From a virus: a stretch of 64,000 nucleotides of DNA. The position numbers were made by a program, and so were the translations under genes. The notes below the pieces were generated by a model. It worked only from the letters and a program-made list of their open reading frames with translations, did no database searches and was not told the DNA's origin. Location of the stretch: the IMG/VR virus record IMGVR_UViG_3300020048_000110, one strand, 5' to 3'. Within the stretch, counting starts at the first letter, position 1; every line of letters begins with the position of its first letter. This document shows, piece by piece, positions 50,672-59,217 of this stretch.

Positions 50672-50964
50672 TATTTTTCTACATTAATTTTTAGTTCTAT
50701 ATCTGAGTTCTTTGCATGGAATTTCATATAGTTTATAATATCTACTGCTTGGCTGTACTGTTCTGCCTCATTATCCATTAGTAGTACTACTTCTCTTCTA
50801 ATCTTTCCATTTTTTTGTTGTAGTTTGATAGCTTCAATATGTCCAATCTCTTTTCCTTTGAAGTACAATACGTTCTCTTTAAATTTGTAATCTGCATTAC
50901 TAATTCCACTTGTTGATCCACATGATGCGAATATCAACACTAACATTATAAATAATTTTTTCAT
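50671..50964 (-). CDS. Putative lipoprotein, 97 aa
   Basis: MKKLFIMLVLIFASCGS is a signal peptide with a Cys lipobox. Confidence 0.45.
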   Translation of the reverse strand: MKKLFIMLVLIFASCGSTSGISNADYKFKENVLYFKGKEIGHIEAIKLQQKNGKIRREVVLLMDNEAEQYSQAVDIINYMKFHAKNSDIELKINVEK

Positions 50965-51215
50965 AGCCCTTTTTCTTTTTTATATATTTCTAATAGTTCT
51001 TCTCTTGTATATGCATCATCGTGAATTTCATTATCTCTAATAAAAAATAAAGATTCTGAACCCATAACTAAATAACAGTTTTTGTCTTTCCACTTTGTAA
51101 ATCCAATAGCAAAATTATCTGCAACATATGCTAAATTAGTTCCAATGTCATCAATCACCTCATCCATAATTGATAAATCCATTATCTCAACTTGTAACTT
51201 ATCTTTTAGTGTCAT
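50961..51215 (-). CDS. Small hypothetical protein, paralog of 51776-51994
   Basis: MTLKDKL... ...EELLEIYKKEKGL, compared with MTLKEKL... ...DELLNIIKKEKGL in the paralog. Confidence 0.5.
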   Translation of the reverse strand: MTLKDKLQVEIMDLSIMDEVIDDIGTNLAYVADNFAIGFTKWKDKNCYLVMGSESLFFIRDNEIHDDAYTREELLEIYKKEKGL

Positions 51216-51427
51216 AATTTTTCTATTTCTTGTTTAACTTCTAAATAGAAATCTTGTATCTCAAAATTATCAATACTTTCTAATATCTCATTAACGGCTA
51301 TCAATGCACATTGCTTAGCTTCTTCATACCTTCTTGTAGTACTATTTAGTCCTTCTGTACTTCCATTATTAGGAAGTGAATAGTAGAATGTATTTACTAA
51401 GTCTTTTGCTTTTTGTTTAGGTGTCAT
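51212..51427 (-). CDS. Small hypothetical protein, 71 aa
   Basis: ORF with the conserved AAAAAAGAAAAAAGATTATG upstream motif. Confidence 0.45.
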   Translation of the reverse strand: MTPKQKAKDLVNTFYYSLPNNGSTEGLNSTTRRYEEAKQCALIAVNEILESIDNFEIQDFYLEVKQEIEKL

Positions 51428-51531
51428 AATCTTTTTTCTTTTTTATAAAACAATTTTGCAATAGTAAATCCAATAAAACCACTAAGCAAAGATAATATTA
51501 TTAAGTTTATAATTGTATTATATTCATTCAT
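51424..51531 (-). CDS. Tiny TM peptide of 35 aa, not in the ORF track, coupled by ATGA
   Basis: MNEYNTIINLIILSLLSGFIGFTIAKLFYKKEKRL has the same upstream motif as its neighbours. TGA at 51426-51424 overlaps the ATG at 51427-51425. Confidence 0.4.
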   Translation of the reverse strand: MNEYNTIINLIILSLLSGFIGFTIAKLFYKKEKRL

Positions 51532-51548
51532 AATCTTTTTTCTTTTAA

Positions 51549-51779
51549 TTAAAATACTTCAACGATAATTCCTTCTTTTAAGCAGTCATCAATATTTCTT
51601 GAACATCCATTGTCATCTACAAAAAAAGGGGCAGAGCATTTAGCTTGTTTATCCCAGTATTTTGTATCTTGTTGTGTATATATTTTACCTTCAATTAATT
51701 GGTCAGCTTCAAAAGTTATACCAGATGTTCCGAAATCATCTCTTCCTTTTTCGCTCTTTAATGCTTTGAATTTTCTCAT
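51549..51779 (-). CDS. Small hypothetical protein, 76 aa
   Basis: ORF. Confidence 0.45.
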   Translation of the reverse strand: MRKFKALKSEKGRDDFGTSGITFEADQLIEGKIYTQQDTKYWDKQAKCSAPFFVDDNGCSRNIDDCLKEGIIVEVF

Positions 51780-51994
51780 AATCCTTTTTCTTTTTTAATA
51801 ATATTTAATAACTCGTCTAAACTATAATCTCCTTGACTTTGTTTATATTGTAAAGCTTTATTACTTATATAAGTTCTCAAAACTTCTTTAGCGAAATCAT
51901 CTGCTATTTTTTCTACTTCAGGTATTATTCTGTCTTCTTTGTGTTCCCAAAGGTTATCAAATATTACATTGAATAATTTTTCTTTTAATGTCAT
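51776..51994 (-). CDS. Small hypothetical protein, paralog of 50961-51215
   Basis: Shares the N- and C-terminal peptides. It is preceded by an SD-like AAGGAGGAG rather than the A-rich motif. Confidence 0.5.
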   Translation of the reverse strand: MTLKEKLFNVIFDNLWEHKEDRIIPEVEKIADDFAKEVLRTYISNKALQYKQSQGDYSLDELLNIIKKEKGL

Positions 51995-52093
51995 AAGTCT
52001 CCTCCTTTTCTAATTAAATAATTCCATAACCAAATTGCTTTTGGCCTTACTACTTCGTAACCTAACCATAGTAATACTATCTTTAACATAGCT

Positions 52094-52315
52094 CTATTTT
52101 AATATTGTTACTTTATCTTCAGTTTCTATCCAAACATGAGCACCACAACTTAGTGGTTTATCAGGAGAATAGCATACTTTGCTTATACCTAATATTTCAA
52201 CTTCATGTGCGTAGGTATTACTTTTATAAGTCTTAACAGTTAATACTGGATTATTAGTTCCATTCTTTCTGTTAGCTTTTATTACATGCTGATTTACGTG
52301 TATGATTGTTTTCAT
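52094..52315 (-). CDS. Small hypothetical protein, 73 aa
   Basis: ORF. Confidence 0.4.
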   Translation of the reverse strand: MKTIIHVNQHVIKANRKNGTNNPVLTVKTYKSNTYAHEVEILGISKVCYSPDKPLSCGAHVWIETEDKVTILK

Positions 52316-52714
52316 TTACTCTATTATTATTTTATATCCTGTTTTTATCCATTCAAAATCTTTAACTTTAGTACCTTTAAAACCAAAACTACTTAAATAC
52401 ATACCCCTTGAAATATAAGGTCCTCCAGAAGGATCTACCATTTCAATTTCATCTTTTAAAGAATCTACCATCTTAACATACTTATCACTTAAAATATATT
52501 CTCTTTTTATATCATCATACTGATGCACTGCTTTTTTAAACTCTTCTAAAGAAAGTTTAGGTTTTTTATCAGCACAATACTCAGCATAAGCTCTTGTGTA
52601 GTCATTTGGCATACCAATTCTACAATACTCAAAATTTCCTTCCCACAAAATATTTCCATCTTCGTCTGGAGTAAATGTGTATTTATCTCCGTACCTATTT
52701 ATATACTTTTCCAT
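52316..52714 (-). CDS. Hypothetical protein, 132 aa
   Basis: ORF. Confidence 0.45.
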   Translation of the reverse strand: MEKYINRYGDKYTFTPDEDGNILWEGNFEYCRIGMPNDYTRAYAEYCADKKPKLSLEEFKKAVHQYDDIKREYILSDKYVKMVDSLKDEIEMVDPSGGPYISRGMYLSSFGFKGTKVKDFEWIKTGYKIIIE

Positions 52715-52717
52715 ATT

Positions 52718-52909
52718 TTATCCTACTTTAATTCCAGCCTTTTTAAGGATTTGCATTATTTTTTGATACTCTTCTTCTTTTTCTCTAATATATTCATAAT
52801 CACTTAACATAGCTTTAGCCATATTCATAAATTCATCAGATACTTTTATTCTTGCTACACTGTAATCTTCAGCCATAATTAAAGATTTCATTATTTCTCC
52901 TACTGTCAT
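52718..52909 (-). CDS. Small hypothetical protein. A start at the internal MTVGEIMK avoids the 80-nt overlap implied by the ORF track
   Basis: The downstream Met abuts the stop of the next gene. Confidence 0.35.
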   Translation of the reverse strand: MTVGEIMKSLIMAEDYSVARIKVSDEFMNMAKAMLSDYEYIREKEEEYQKIMQILKKAGIKVG

Positions 52910-52913
52910 ATTT

Positions 52914-53225
52914 TTATTTTTCAATTGTGTTAAACCATTTATCAAAAATTTCTTCAGCCTCATCTGTATTGTCAGTAACACACCTACACACATTATGACC
53001 TTCCATATATGCTTCTTTTATAATTTCTATTATATTAAAAGGATTTTCTAAATATAAAGAATCGTATTTATCTCTACAGCCCCATTTACCTTCTACCGTA
53101 TAAGAAGCCCAACCATCTACTAATATTGGATAATTTATAGTATCACTTATACTTGTCACTTTGGCATATCCTGTCTGTATAGTCCATACAGTATCACCAA
53201 CTTTTAAATCTTTAAATTTACTCAT
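52914..53225 (-). CDS. Hypothetical protein, 103 aa
   Basis: ORF. Confidence 0.45.
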   Translation of the reverse strand: MSKFKDLKVGDTVWTIQTGYAKVTSISDTINYPILVDGWASYTVEGKWGCRDKYDSLYLENPFNIIEIIKEAYMEGHNVCRCVTDNTDEAEEIFDKWFNTIEK

Positions 53226-53385
53226 AATTTTTATTTTTCATTAATAGCGTTACCCAGAATATCATTAAAAGTAACATACCGGTCATATATACTTTATTTT
53301 CTAGTGTAAAAGCTGGGGCACAATTAGGATGGCCTGGGTGCTCTATGCACCAACAATCACTTTTCGGAGGACAAGGTGGTTTCAT
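53218..53385 (-). CDS. Small Cys-rich membrane-anchored ORF of 55 aa, not in the ORF track, coupled by ATGA to the phosphoesterase gene
   Basis: MKPPCPPKSDCWCIEHPGHPNCAPAFTLENKVYMTGMLLLMIFWVTLLMKNKNYE. ATG at 53385-53383 overlaps the TGA at 53384-53382. Its own stop overlaps codons 2-3 of the next gene. Confidence 0.4.
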   Translation of the reverse strand: MKPPCPPKSDCWCIEHPGHPNCAPAFTLENKVYMTGMLLLMIFWVTLLMKNKNYE

Positions 53386-53855
53386 ATTAACTCTGTTATT
53401 AATTTTGGTGTATAATCTACTACTTCACAAGATACATTTACATACCTTCCATCATCAAGACTGTTCTCATGAACATGTCCGTGTATATTGTAAGAGTATC
53501 TAAACTCTAATTGTGATGGATGTACTGGGCAGTGTGTTAAAATGTAGTTGTCTTTAAAATCAATCATTCCTGCTACACTGTTTACGTATTTAAGCAGTTC
53601 TGGAATATCTTGTCTTCTATCGTGATTTCCTAAGATCACATTAATAACACCGTTCAATCTACTTAGAATAGGATAGAAGTTCTTTGTTTCCATAGCTACA
53701 TCTCCTAGTAGGTAAGTAACATCCTTTTTATTTACAACAGAATTCCATTTTGTTACAATGTATTCAGTCATTTCACCTGCTGAGGAAAAACCTCTTTTTA
53801 TTGCCATGTTTTTATGGCCAAAGTGTGTATCACTTATAAATCTTACATTTCCCAT
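53382..53855 (-). CDS. Calcineurin-like metallophosphoesterase / Ser-Thr phosphatase-like, 157 aa
   Basis: Complete motif set: SDTHFGH, LGDV, LGNHDRR, THCP, HGHVHE. Confidence 0.8.
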   Translation of the reverse strand: MGNVRFISDTHFGHKNMAIKRGFSSAGEMTEYIVTKWNSVVNKKDVTYLLGDVAMETKNFYPILSRLNGVINVILGNHDRRQDIPELLKYVNSVAGMIDFKDNYILTHCPVHPSQLEFRYSYNIHGHVHENSLDDGRYVNVSCEVVDYTPKLITELI

Positions 53856-53858
53856 AAT

Positions 53859-54062
53859 TTATTTCTTTTTAAATGTTTTGTTGTAGTATTGTTCCTCGTC
53901 TGGACTTTTGCCATTTCTTTCATCAAAAAAACCTTGTTCATAAGCATCAATAATCTGCTGTTTTTCCATTTCTTTGGCTTTATCGAGTAATTTATTTGCA
54001 AACTTTTGGTCTTTATTTGGATTATTAATCATTAAGAATAACCATTCTACTGCTGTCTTCAT
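53859..54062 (-). CDS. Small hypothetical protein, 67 aa
   Basis: ORF. Confidence 0.4.
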   Translation of the reverse strand: MKTAVEWLFLMINNPNKDQKFANKLLDKAKEMEKQQIIDAYEQGFFDERNGKSPDEEQYYNKTFKKK

Positions 54063-54067
54063 AACTA

Positions 54068-54598
54068 CTATAATTTATTTAATTGTATTACTTTTTTTAA
54101 TAATGTACTATATTGTGGGCCTGTAGCATAAGTTTGATCTAAATAAGAAAAGTACTGTTCTCTAGAAAGTTTAGATAGGTACTGTGCTTCATATAAGGCT
54201 CTGTCAGCCACACAATCCTTCCAGCTATCATAATAGGCATGATTTAAATTTGAGCCCTGTGCAGTGGTTATTCTGACCATTGCTTGTTTCATACCAAACA
54301 TATTGTGGTTTTGCTTAAAAACAGGAGATTTAAAATAACCGCTCTCTACAAAAGCCTGAGCCATTACAATATCTGGATATTTAAAAGAGTACTTTTGTAC
54401 CTCTACTAATAGTTTATCTCTAGAGAACTCTTCGTTTGTTTTTAGAGTAACCTCCGCTTCTGCTCTTACTACTATAACCTCTTTAAATACAAAAGAGCTA
54501 AGTGTAATTACCAATACTAATAGAAATGACATCATCCCGATGTATTTCCAAATGTTAACTTTTTCATAAGCTAACAAATCTTTGTTAAATCTATACAT
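54068..54598 (-). CDS. Peptidoglycan hydrolase (glucosaminidase / FlgJ-like domain) with an N-terminal TM anchor. Candidate signal-anchor-release endolysin
   Basis: MAQAFVESGYFKSPVFKQNHNMFGMK matches the glucosaminidase family AQAALESGWG.S...NNLFGIK. It is preceded by the hydrophobic KYIGMMSFLLVLVITLSSFVF. Confidence 0.7.
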   Translation of the reverse strand: MYRFNKDLLAYEKVNIWKYIGMMSFLLVLVITLSSFVFKEVIVVRAEAEVTLKTNEEFSRDKLLVEVQKYSFKYPDIVMAQAFVESGYFKSPVFKQNHNMFGMKQAMVRITTAQGSNLNHAYYDSWKDCVADRALYEAQYLSKLSREQYFSYLDQTYATGPQYSTLLKKVIQLNKL

Positions 54599-54602
54599 AA
54601 TT

Positions 54603-54687
54603 ATTTATTATCTTTTTTTACATAACCTACTAAAATAAACTTTCCATAACACCATTTATAATATGGTACTGTCTCTTCTTTTTTCAT
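54603..54687 (-). CDS. Tiny ORF of 28 aa, not in the ORF track, coupled by ATGA
   Basis: MKKEETVPYYKWCYGKFILVGYVKKDNK. ATG at 54687-54685 overlaps the upstream TGA. Confidence 0.2.
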
Positions 54688-54998
54688 CTTATTAATTTTT
54701 CTACGTTTTCTAATTGATCCATTAACCTATGACGCTCATCTGTTAAACTTTCTACATCTCTGTGTAATTCATTACCCCAATCCCTAAGTTCCTTATTAGC
54801 ATCTCTGATATCTTCTATTAAAGAGAATACTATTTCAAAATCGTACTCATTATCATCGTTTAAAAAGTCTCTTTTAAATCCTTCTAAGTACATTAATAAC
54901 TCGTTAATACTCGGACAAGTATTTTTTACTGGTGCTTTATCAATCATAATTTCTAATTTTATTTCAGCAAAGATATAATTAAAATACAATATACGCAA
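54684..54998 (-). CDS. Hypothetical protein, 104 aa
   Basis: ORF. Confidence 0.45.
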   Translation of the reverse strand: MRILYFNYIFAEIKLEIMIDKAPVKNTCPSINELLMYLEGFKRDFLNDDNEYDFEIVFSLIEDIRDANKELRDWGNELHRDVESLTDERHRLMDQLENVEKLIR

Positions 54999-55021
54999 GA
55001 AAAAATAAAAAAATTTTTAAA

Positions 55022-55048
55022 AATAAAAAACCCCCCATTTCTGGAGGG
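55022..55048 (-). terminator. Rho-independent terminator on the - strand after the RNR large subunit gene
   Basis: cccccc / ggaggg stem with one G-U pair, followed by a T-run on the - strand. Confidence 0.45.
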
Positions 55049-55078
55049 CTAAAAACAAAAATAATAAATGATAAAAAA

Positions 55079-56725
55079 TTAGGCTTCACATGAACTACAA
55101 TTCATAAGATCCCTACTAACTTCCTGTGCTATATTTACACTTCTTTGATAGTAAAGAGTCTTAATTCCCAAATTCCACGCTTCAAAAAATAAAGCATTCA
55201 CATCTTTTAACGATGCGTCTGGGTGAATCATTAAATTTAACGATTGTCCTTGATCTATAAAAACTTGTCTTTGGGCAGCTTGTTGTACTATCTCTAATTG
55301 GCTTATTTCACCAAAAGTTTTAAATACACTACGCTCTCTTTCATCTAAAAATTCTAGATGTTGTACAGAACCTCCTTTAGACAAAATGCTTCTCCATGCC
55401 TCTGGAGTATCTTGATCCTTATCTTTTAACAACTGTTTCAAGTAAGGGTTTACATATACAAATTTACCTTTAGCTAAATCTTTAATGAAATAGTTTGAGT
55501 GTAAAGGCTCAATACTAGGGCTAACTTGTCCAAGGATGAAAGAAGAACTAGTAGTTGGTGCAATAGCTACTCTAGTAGTAAACCTCTCTCCATAACCCTC
55601 TAACATCTTAGGCTCTCCAAACATAGTAGCTAATTCTTTACTAGCATTTAACGTTTTTTGATTGATAGTTTTAAAGATACCGTTGTTTAACATCTTAGCT
55701 TCTAATCCTTCAAAAGGAATTAACTTAGACTGTAAAAAACTATGCCATCCTAAAACTCCAATACCAATACTTCTATGCTCTTTAGCAAAAAGAAGAGCTT
55801 TTTCCATGAATAAAATCCCTTCAGCTTTCTCTATAAACTCAGAATAAACTGCATCTAAGAAATACGTTAAAGTTTCAACTGCATCCGTTTCTTTAATCTC
55901 ATCCCAATGTAATAAGTTAACTGAAGATAAACAACAAACAAAAGATTTAAACTCATCTGTATATTCTAGAATCTCACTACACATTTGACTGTGATTGATC
56001 TCCATATCTTTATCTACATAAACTTTTGGTTTGCTTTTATTAACGTTACCGGTAAAGAAGATATAAGGAAACCCTGTTTCAGCTCTCTTTTGGTGTATCT
56101 TAGCTAAGATCTTTCTTTTGTCTTTATCTCCATTCTGAACTGCTTCCATCCATTCATCTGAGATACAAACTCCTAAAGCAATATCTTGGATCTCGTTACC
56201 CTCTTCTCTACATTGTAAAAACTCTTCAATATCTGGCCCATCTACTGGGTAGTATGCTGCAAAATAACCTCTTCTAGCTTGACCTTGAGTAATAGTATTT
56301 GTAGTAGTTTGAAACAATGTCATAAAACTAACTGCTCCATTAGATACCCCATTATTTTTAATAGGTGCACCTCTACCTCTAAGTTTACCAAAATACCCTG
56401 CTGTACCACCTCCCATTTTAGTAAGTGCTCCAATCTCAGCAGTAGATCTTAAAATGTCTAGTGTATCATCTTGTATGTCTATTCCGTAACAAGAAATAGG
56501 TAATCCTCTATCTAATCCAAAGTTCATCCAAACTGGTGTAGCAAGAGAGTAAAAACCTTTCTCCATGTAACCCTCAAACTTATCTGCGAAACCTTCTATC
56601 TTTAATATTTTTTCTGCGGTTTCTGCTATCTCTCTAACTCTTTGTTCTGGTGTGACTCCTTCAATTAAGTAATCTTTACTTAAAAAAGCTCTGGAGTCTT
56701 GGTTTAACCAATAATATTTTTCCAT
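55079..56725 (-). CDS. nrdA: Ribonucleotide reductase large subunit, class I, with no ATP-cone
   Basis: Catalytic NHSQMCSEI, C-terminal Cys pair CSSCEA, and an adjacent small-subunit gene. Confidence 0.8.
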   Translation of the reverse strand: MEKYYWLNQDSRAFLSKDYLIEGVTPEQRVREIAETAEKILKIEGFADKFEGYMEKGFYSLATPVWMNFGLDRGLPISCYGIDIQDDTLDILRSTAEIGALTKMGGGTAGYFGKLRGRGAPIKNNGVSNGAVSFMTLFQTTTNTITQGQARRGYFAAYYPVDGPDIEEFLQCREEGNEIQDIALGVCISDEWMEAVQNGDKDKRKILAKIHQKRAETGFPYIFFTGNVNKSKPKVYVDKDMEINHSQMCSEILEYTDEFKSFVCCLSSVNLLHWDEIKETDAVETLTYFLDAVYSEFIEKAEGILFMEKALLFAKEHRSIGIGVLGWHSFLQSKLIPFEGLEAKMLNNGIFKTINQKTLNASKELATMFGEPKMLEGYGERFTTRVAIAPTTSSSFILGQVSPSIEPLHSNYFIKDLAKGKFVYVNPYLKQLLKDKDQDTPEAWRSILSKGGSVQHLEFLDERERSVFKTFGEISQLEIVQQAAQRQVFIDQGQSLNLMIHPDASLKDVNALFFEAWNLGIKTLYYQRSVNIAQEVSRDLMNCSSCEA

Positions 56726-56726
56726 G

Positions 56727-57704
56727 TTAAAATAATTCTTCTTCGTTATACGCTTTCATTTTCTTACTATAATCTATTGGCTTTTTGTGGAAAAAATCTG
56801 TCAAAGCACTTGCGTAAACTTCTTCTTCCATCCATAAAGTTTTATCTTTGATTTCAGAGTCAACTTCAAAAGCCGGAACCATTCCAATTTTAGTCAAGGA
56901 ATCGTTTAATCTTATCTTAATGTAACCCTTTAAGATTGCAGGGGACAAGAACTCATTTTCATATCCAGATAAAATCCAATCAATCAAATCAGATTCTGCT
57001 TTAAAAGCTTCTTGAACTTCATCTTGGATCTTTTGTGAAAACTCCTCATCAAATAATTCTGGGTGCTCTAATCTAATTTGATTAAGTAAAGCAATACCAC
57101 CCTCTGCATGTAAATTCTCTTCTTTTGATGTGTACTGTACAACATTAGCTACATCTTTTAATACACCTCTAAATCTATTGAACCCTAAGATAGTGTAGAA
57201 CTGAGAAAAGAGTGCTGTGTATTCTGTAAATAGGGTAAACAAAACCAAAGAGTAACAAATATTCTTATGGTCGTTTTTATAAATCTTGTTGATATACTTA
57301 GATAAATAATTTACTCTACCTAATACAACCGGCTCGTTAAAAATATCATTAAATTGATCTTCTAAACCTAACTTAGATAAAATCTCTGCATACGCTTTTG
57401 AATGTACAACTTCTACACCACCAAATACTGCTCCCATATCAGCTATCTCTGGCTTAGGCAAAAGCTTCCCAATATTAGCCCAATAAGATTTCACAGCTAC
57501 CTCTACTTGAGAAGTTAATAATATAGCTCTTTTAATCACTTCTTGCTCCTCTGGAGACAACTTTGTTTTGTAATCTTGGACATCATTTAAAAAATTAAAT
57601 TCGTTGTGAGTCCAATGTCCTGCCCACATTGCGTTAATTAGTGGATCTGTAATACCATTATATTCAAATGGTTTGTAGTTTTTTCTTTCTGTAAAAATGC
57701 TCAT
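56727..57704 (-). CDS. nrdB: Ribonucleotide reductase small subunit (di-iron / tyrosyl radical)
   Basis: E..H ligand pairs (EVVHSKAY, EENLHAEGG) and an FTEYT region. It lies immediately downstream of nrdA. Confidence 0.75.
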   Translation of the reverse strand: MSIFTERKNYKPFEYNGITDPLINAMWAGHWTHNEFNFLNDVQDYKTKLSPEEQEVIKRAILLTSQVEVAVKSYWANIGKLLPKPEIADMGAVFGGVEVVHSKAYAEILSKLGLEDQFNDIFNEPVVLGRVNYLSKYINKIYKNDHKNICYSLVLFTLFTEYTALFSQFYTILGFNRFRGVLKDVANVVQYTSKEENLHAEGGIALLNQIRLEHPELFDEEFSQKIQDEVQEAFKAESDLIDWILSGYENEFLSPAILKGYIKIRLNDSLTKIGMVPAFEVDSEIKDKTLWMEEEVYASALTDFFHKKPIDYSKKMKAYNEEELF

Positions 57705-57727
57705 TTTTTGTTTTTTATAATTAGAGA

Positions 57728-57760
57728 TAAAAAAAGTACCTCCTAATTAAAAGAGGTACT
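57728..57760 (-). terminator. Rho-independent terminator on the - strand upstream of the RNR operon
   Basis: Perfect 8-bp stem agtacctc / gaggtact with a T-run on the - strand. Confidence 0.6.
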
Positions 57761-57793
57761 CTGATCTTAAAGTGCAAAGATATAAAAAATATA

Positions 57794-58105
57794 TTATTTT
57801 TGCAAATTGGTTAAATCTTTTATTAATAATTTAACCTCTTGTATTTTCATTAAAATACCTTCAATACTTTCGACATCTTCTATTTCTAAAGACAAAAACT
57901 TGTTAAGACACTGCTCTACAGTACTATAGTAGTAAATATCTTTAACAACATAATCTACTATTTTACCTGTTTTAACTTTGTCTACGACCTCTTCTTTCTG
58001 TTTTGTATGTACTGCTACTAAAGAGCAACCGTCTCTCGATGTATTTATCGAGTAATTTTCATTAATTTTTATCATGGTTTTTGTTTTTAATTTGTAGTTG
58101 GCCAA
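57794..58105 (-). CDS. Hypothetical protein, 103 aa
   Basis: ORF. Confidence 0.45.
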   Translation of the reverse strand: MANYKLKTKTMIKINENYSINTSRDGCSLVAVHTKQKEEVVDKVKTGKIVDYVVKDIYYYSTVEQCLNKFLSLEIEDVESIEGILMKIQEVKLLIKDLTNLQK

Positions 58106-58143
58106 ATCTACACTTTTTATACATCATTTGGCTGATGTTATTG

Positions 58144-58215
58144 TGGTCCCGGAGGATTACGATACCCCGACCTTGTTCTTATGAGGAACCTGCTCTTCCG
58201 CTGAGCTACGAGACC
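58144..58215 (-). tRNA. tRNA-Met (CAU)-like, 72 nt, with a degenerate T-arm
   Basis: The - strand reads GGTCTCG-TA-GCTCAGCGGAAGAGC-A-GGTTC-CTCATAA-GAACA-AGGTC-GGGGTATCGTAATCCTC-CGGGACC-A. The acceptor stem has 7 pairs including one G-U. The D-arm is perfect. The anticodon is CAU. The T-stem has a closing T-T in place of G53-C61. Confidence 0.45.
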
Positions 58216-58527
58216 AAAGTAGGGAGATTTCGCTCTCCCTAGGCGTGGTTAAGCTGCAATCCTTTGCACCCCACCAATGTTAAAAACGTTGCCGTTTGTG
58301 TTTAAAGTATATTCTCCTTATTACCTACTTATTGCCAGTCAAAACCAGTCACCCCCATAAAAGATTGTTTAAAGTACAACCAGTAAAACTTATAAGGTCA
58401 ACTGATAAATCAGTAGACTCCACCAGACTGTTTCTTAATTCAAGCATACAGACAAACAAACGTGGAGGTGCCGAGAGTCGAACTCGGGTGTTGGTCAACT
58501 TCAATAATATATCAACGAACTACTTCG

Positions 58528-58675
58528 TAATCAGGACAGGACTCGAACCTGTAAATAAGAGAGGTCACTTAACACTAATGGGACTCATACCATTACCCTC
58601 TGTATTGCCATACCGTGTTGCGTCTACCACGAGCAGGGACACCCCACTCCTTTCGCCACCTGATTATTTACTTGT
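58528..58675 (-). ncRNA. Oversized tRNA-like element E1, about 148 nt, homologous to E2
   Basis: 5' AATCAGG pairs with 3' CCTGATT. It has the GGTGGCG...GTGGTAGACGC D-arm with an inserted hairpin GGGGTGTCCC. At the 3' end, ACAGG-TTCGAGT-CCTGT forms a T-arm. Confidence 0.4.
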
Positions 58676-59007
58676 CTTTCCAAGTTGTCAATCCGTTTTA
58701 ATCTCTCGGTGGACCTCCCATCAACCTACATACAGATTACAGTTGTAGATATTTTATCTATAATCCTCTGTCTTTCCAGTGTCCACAACTTATGTGTTAG
58801 CCTCACACATCAATCACTAGGTTGTCAGCTTTGCAACCAAGACAGGATTTGAACCTGCAACCCTTTCTGCCTTTCGACAAAATGTTATACCTCTTTAACT
58901 TACTTGATCTCCAGGTACTCTATAAGCTACTACCCTTGGAGCTACGAATCGTATCATTGAATCTATTCTAGACTAGAGACAACAACATCTTATAGAGTTT
59001 TATTTCG

Positions 59008-59123
59008 TGATTGAGACAGGACTCGAACCTGTAATTCATACTGTTAACTATATGGTGTGTTTATACTTCACACTCTGCTTTTACCCTCTTCGGGTGTGTG
59101 TCTAGCCGTTTCACCACTCAATC
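59008..59123 (-). ncRNA. Oversized tRNA-like element E4, about 116 nt
   Basis: Acceptor GATTGAG / CTCAATC (7 bp). D-arm TG-GTG-AAACGGCTAGA-CAC. A 66-nt insert with hairpins ACCCGAAGAGGGT and GTGTGAAGTATAAACACAC. T-arm ACAGG-TTCGAGT-CCTGT. Confidence 0.4.
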
Positions 59124-59217
59124 ATTTCCCCTCGGGTGAGGGCACTCGTCAGTTTCGGTAGCATCCCCTAGACTACTCTAATTAAATCAAAGTAGATGGG
59201 GTCGAACTGTAAATACC

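Noticed and set aside
58464-58528. A compact about 65-nt tRNA suggested by the CCGAG-TTCGACT-CTCGG T-arm and the CACCTCC acceptor 3' strand
   Set aside because: No complementary acceptor 5' strand lies within 90 nt. The only partial match, GGAGGTC at about 58700-58730, would require nesting element E1 inside it. That is too uncertain to call
58296-58748. 150-aa + strand ORF in the six-frame track
   Set aside because: It lies entirely over tRNA-like genes and their spacers, has no start context, and the region is clearly RNA-coding on the - strand
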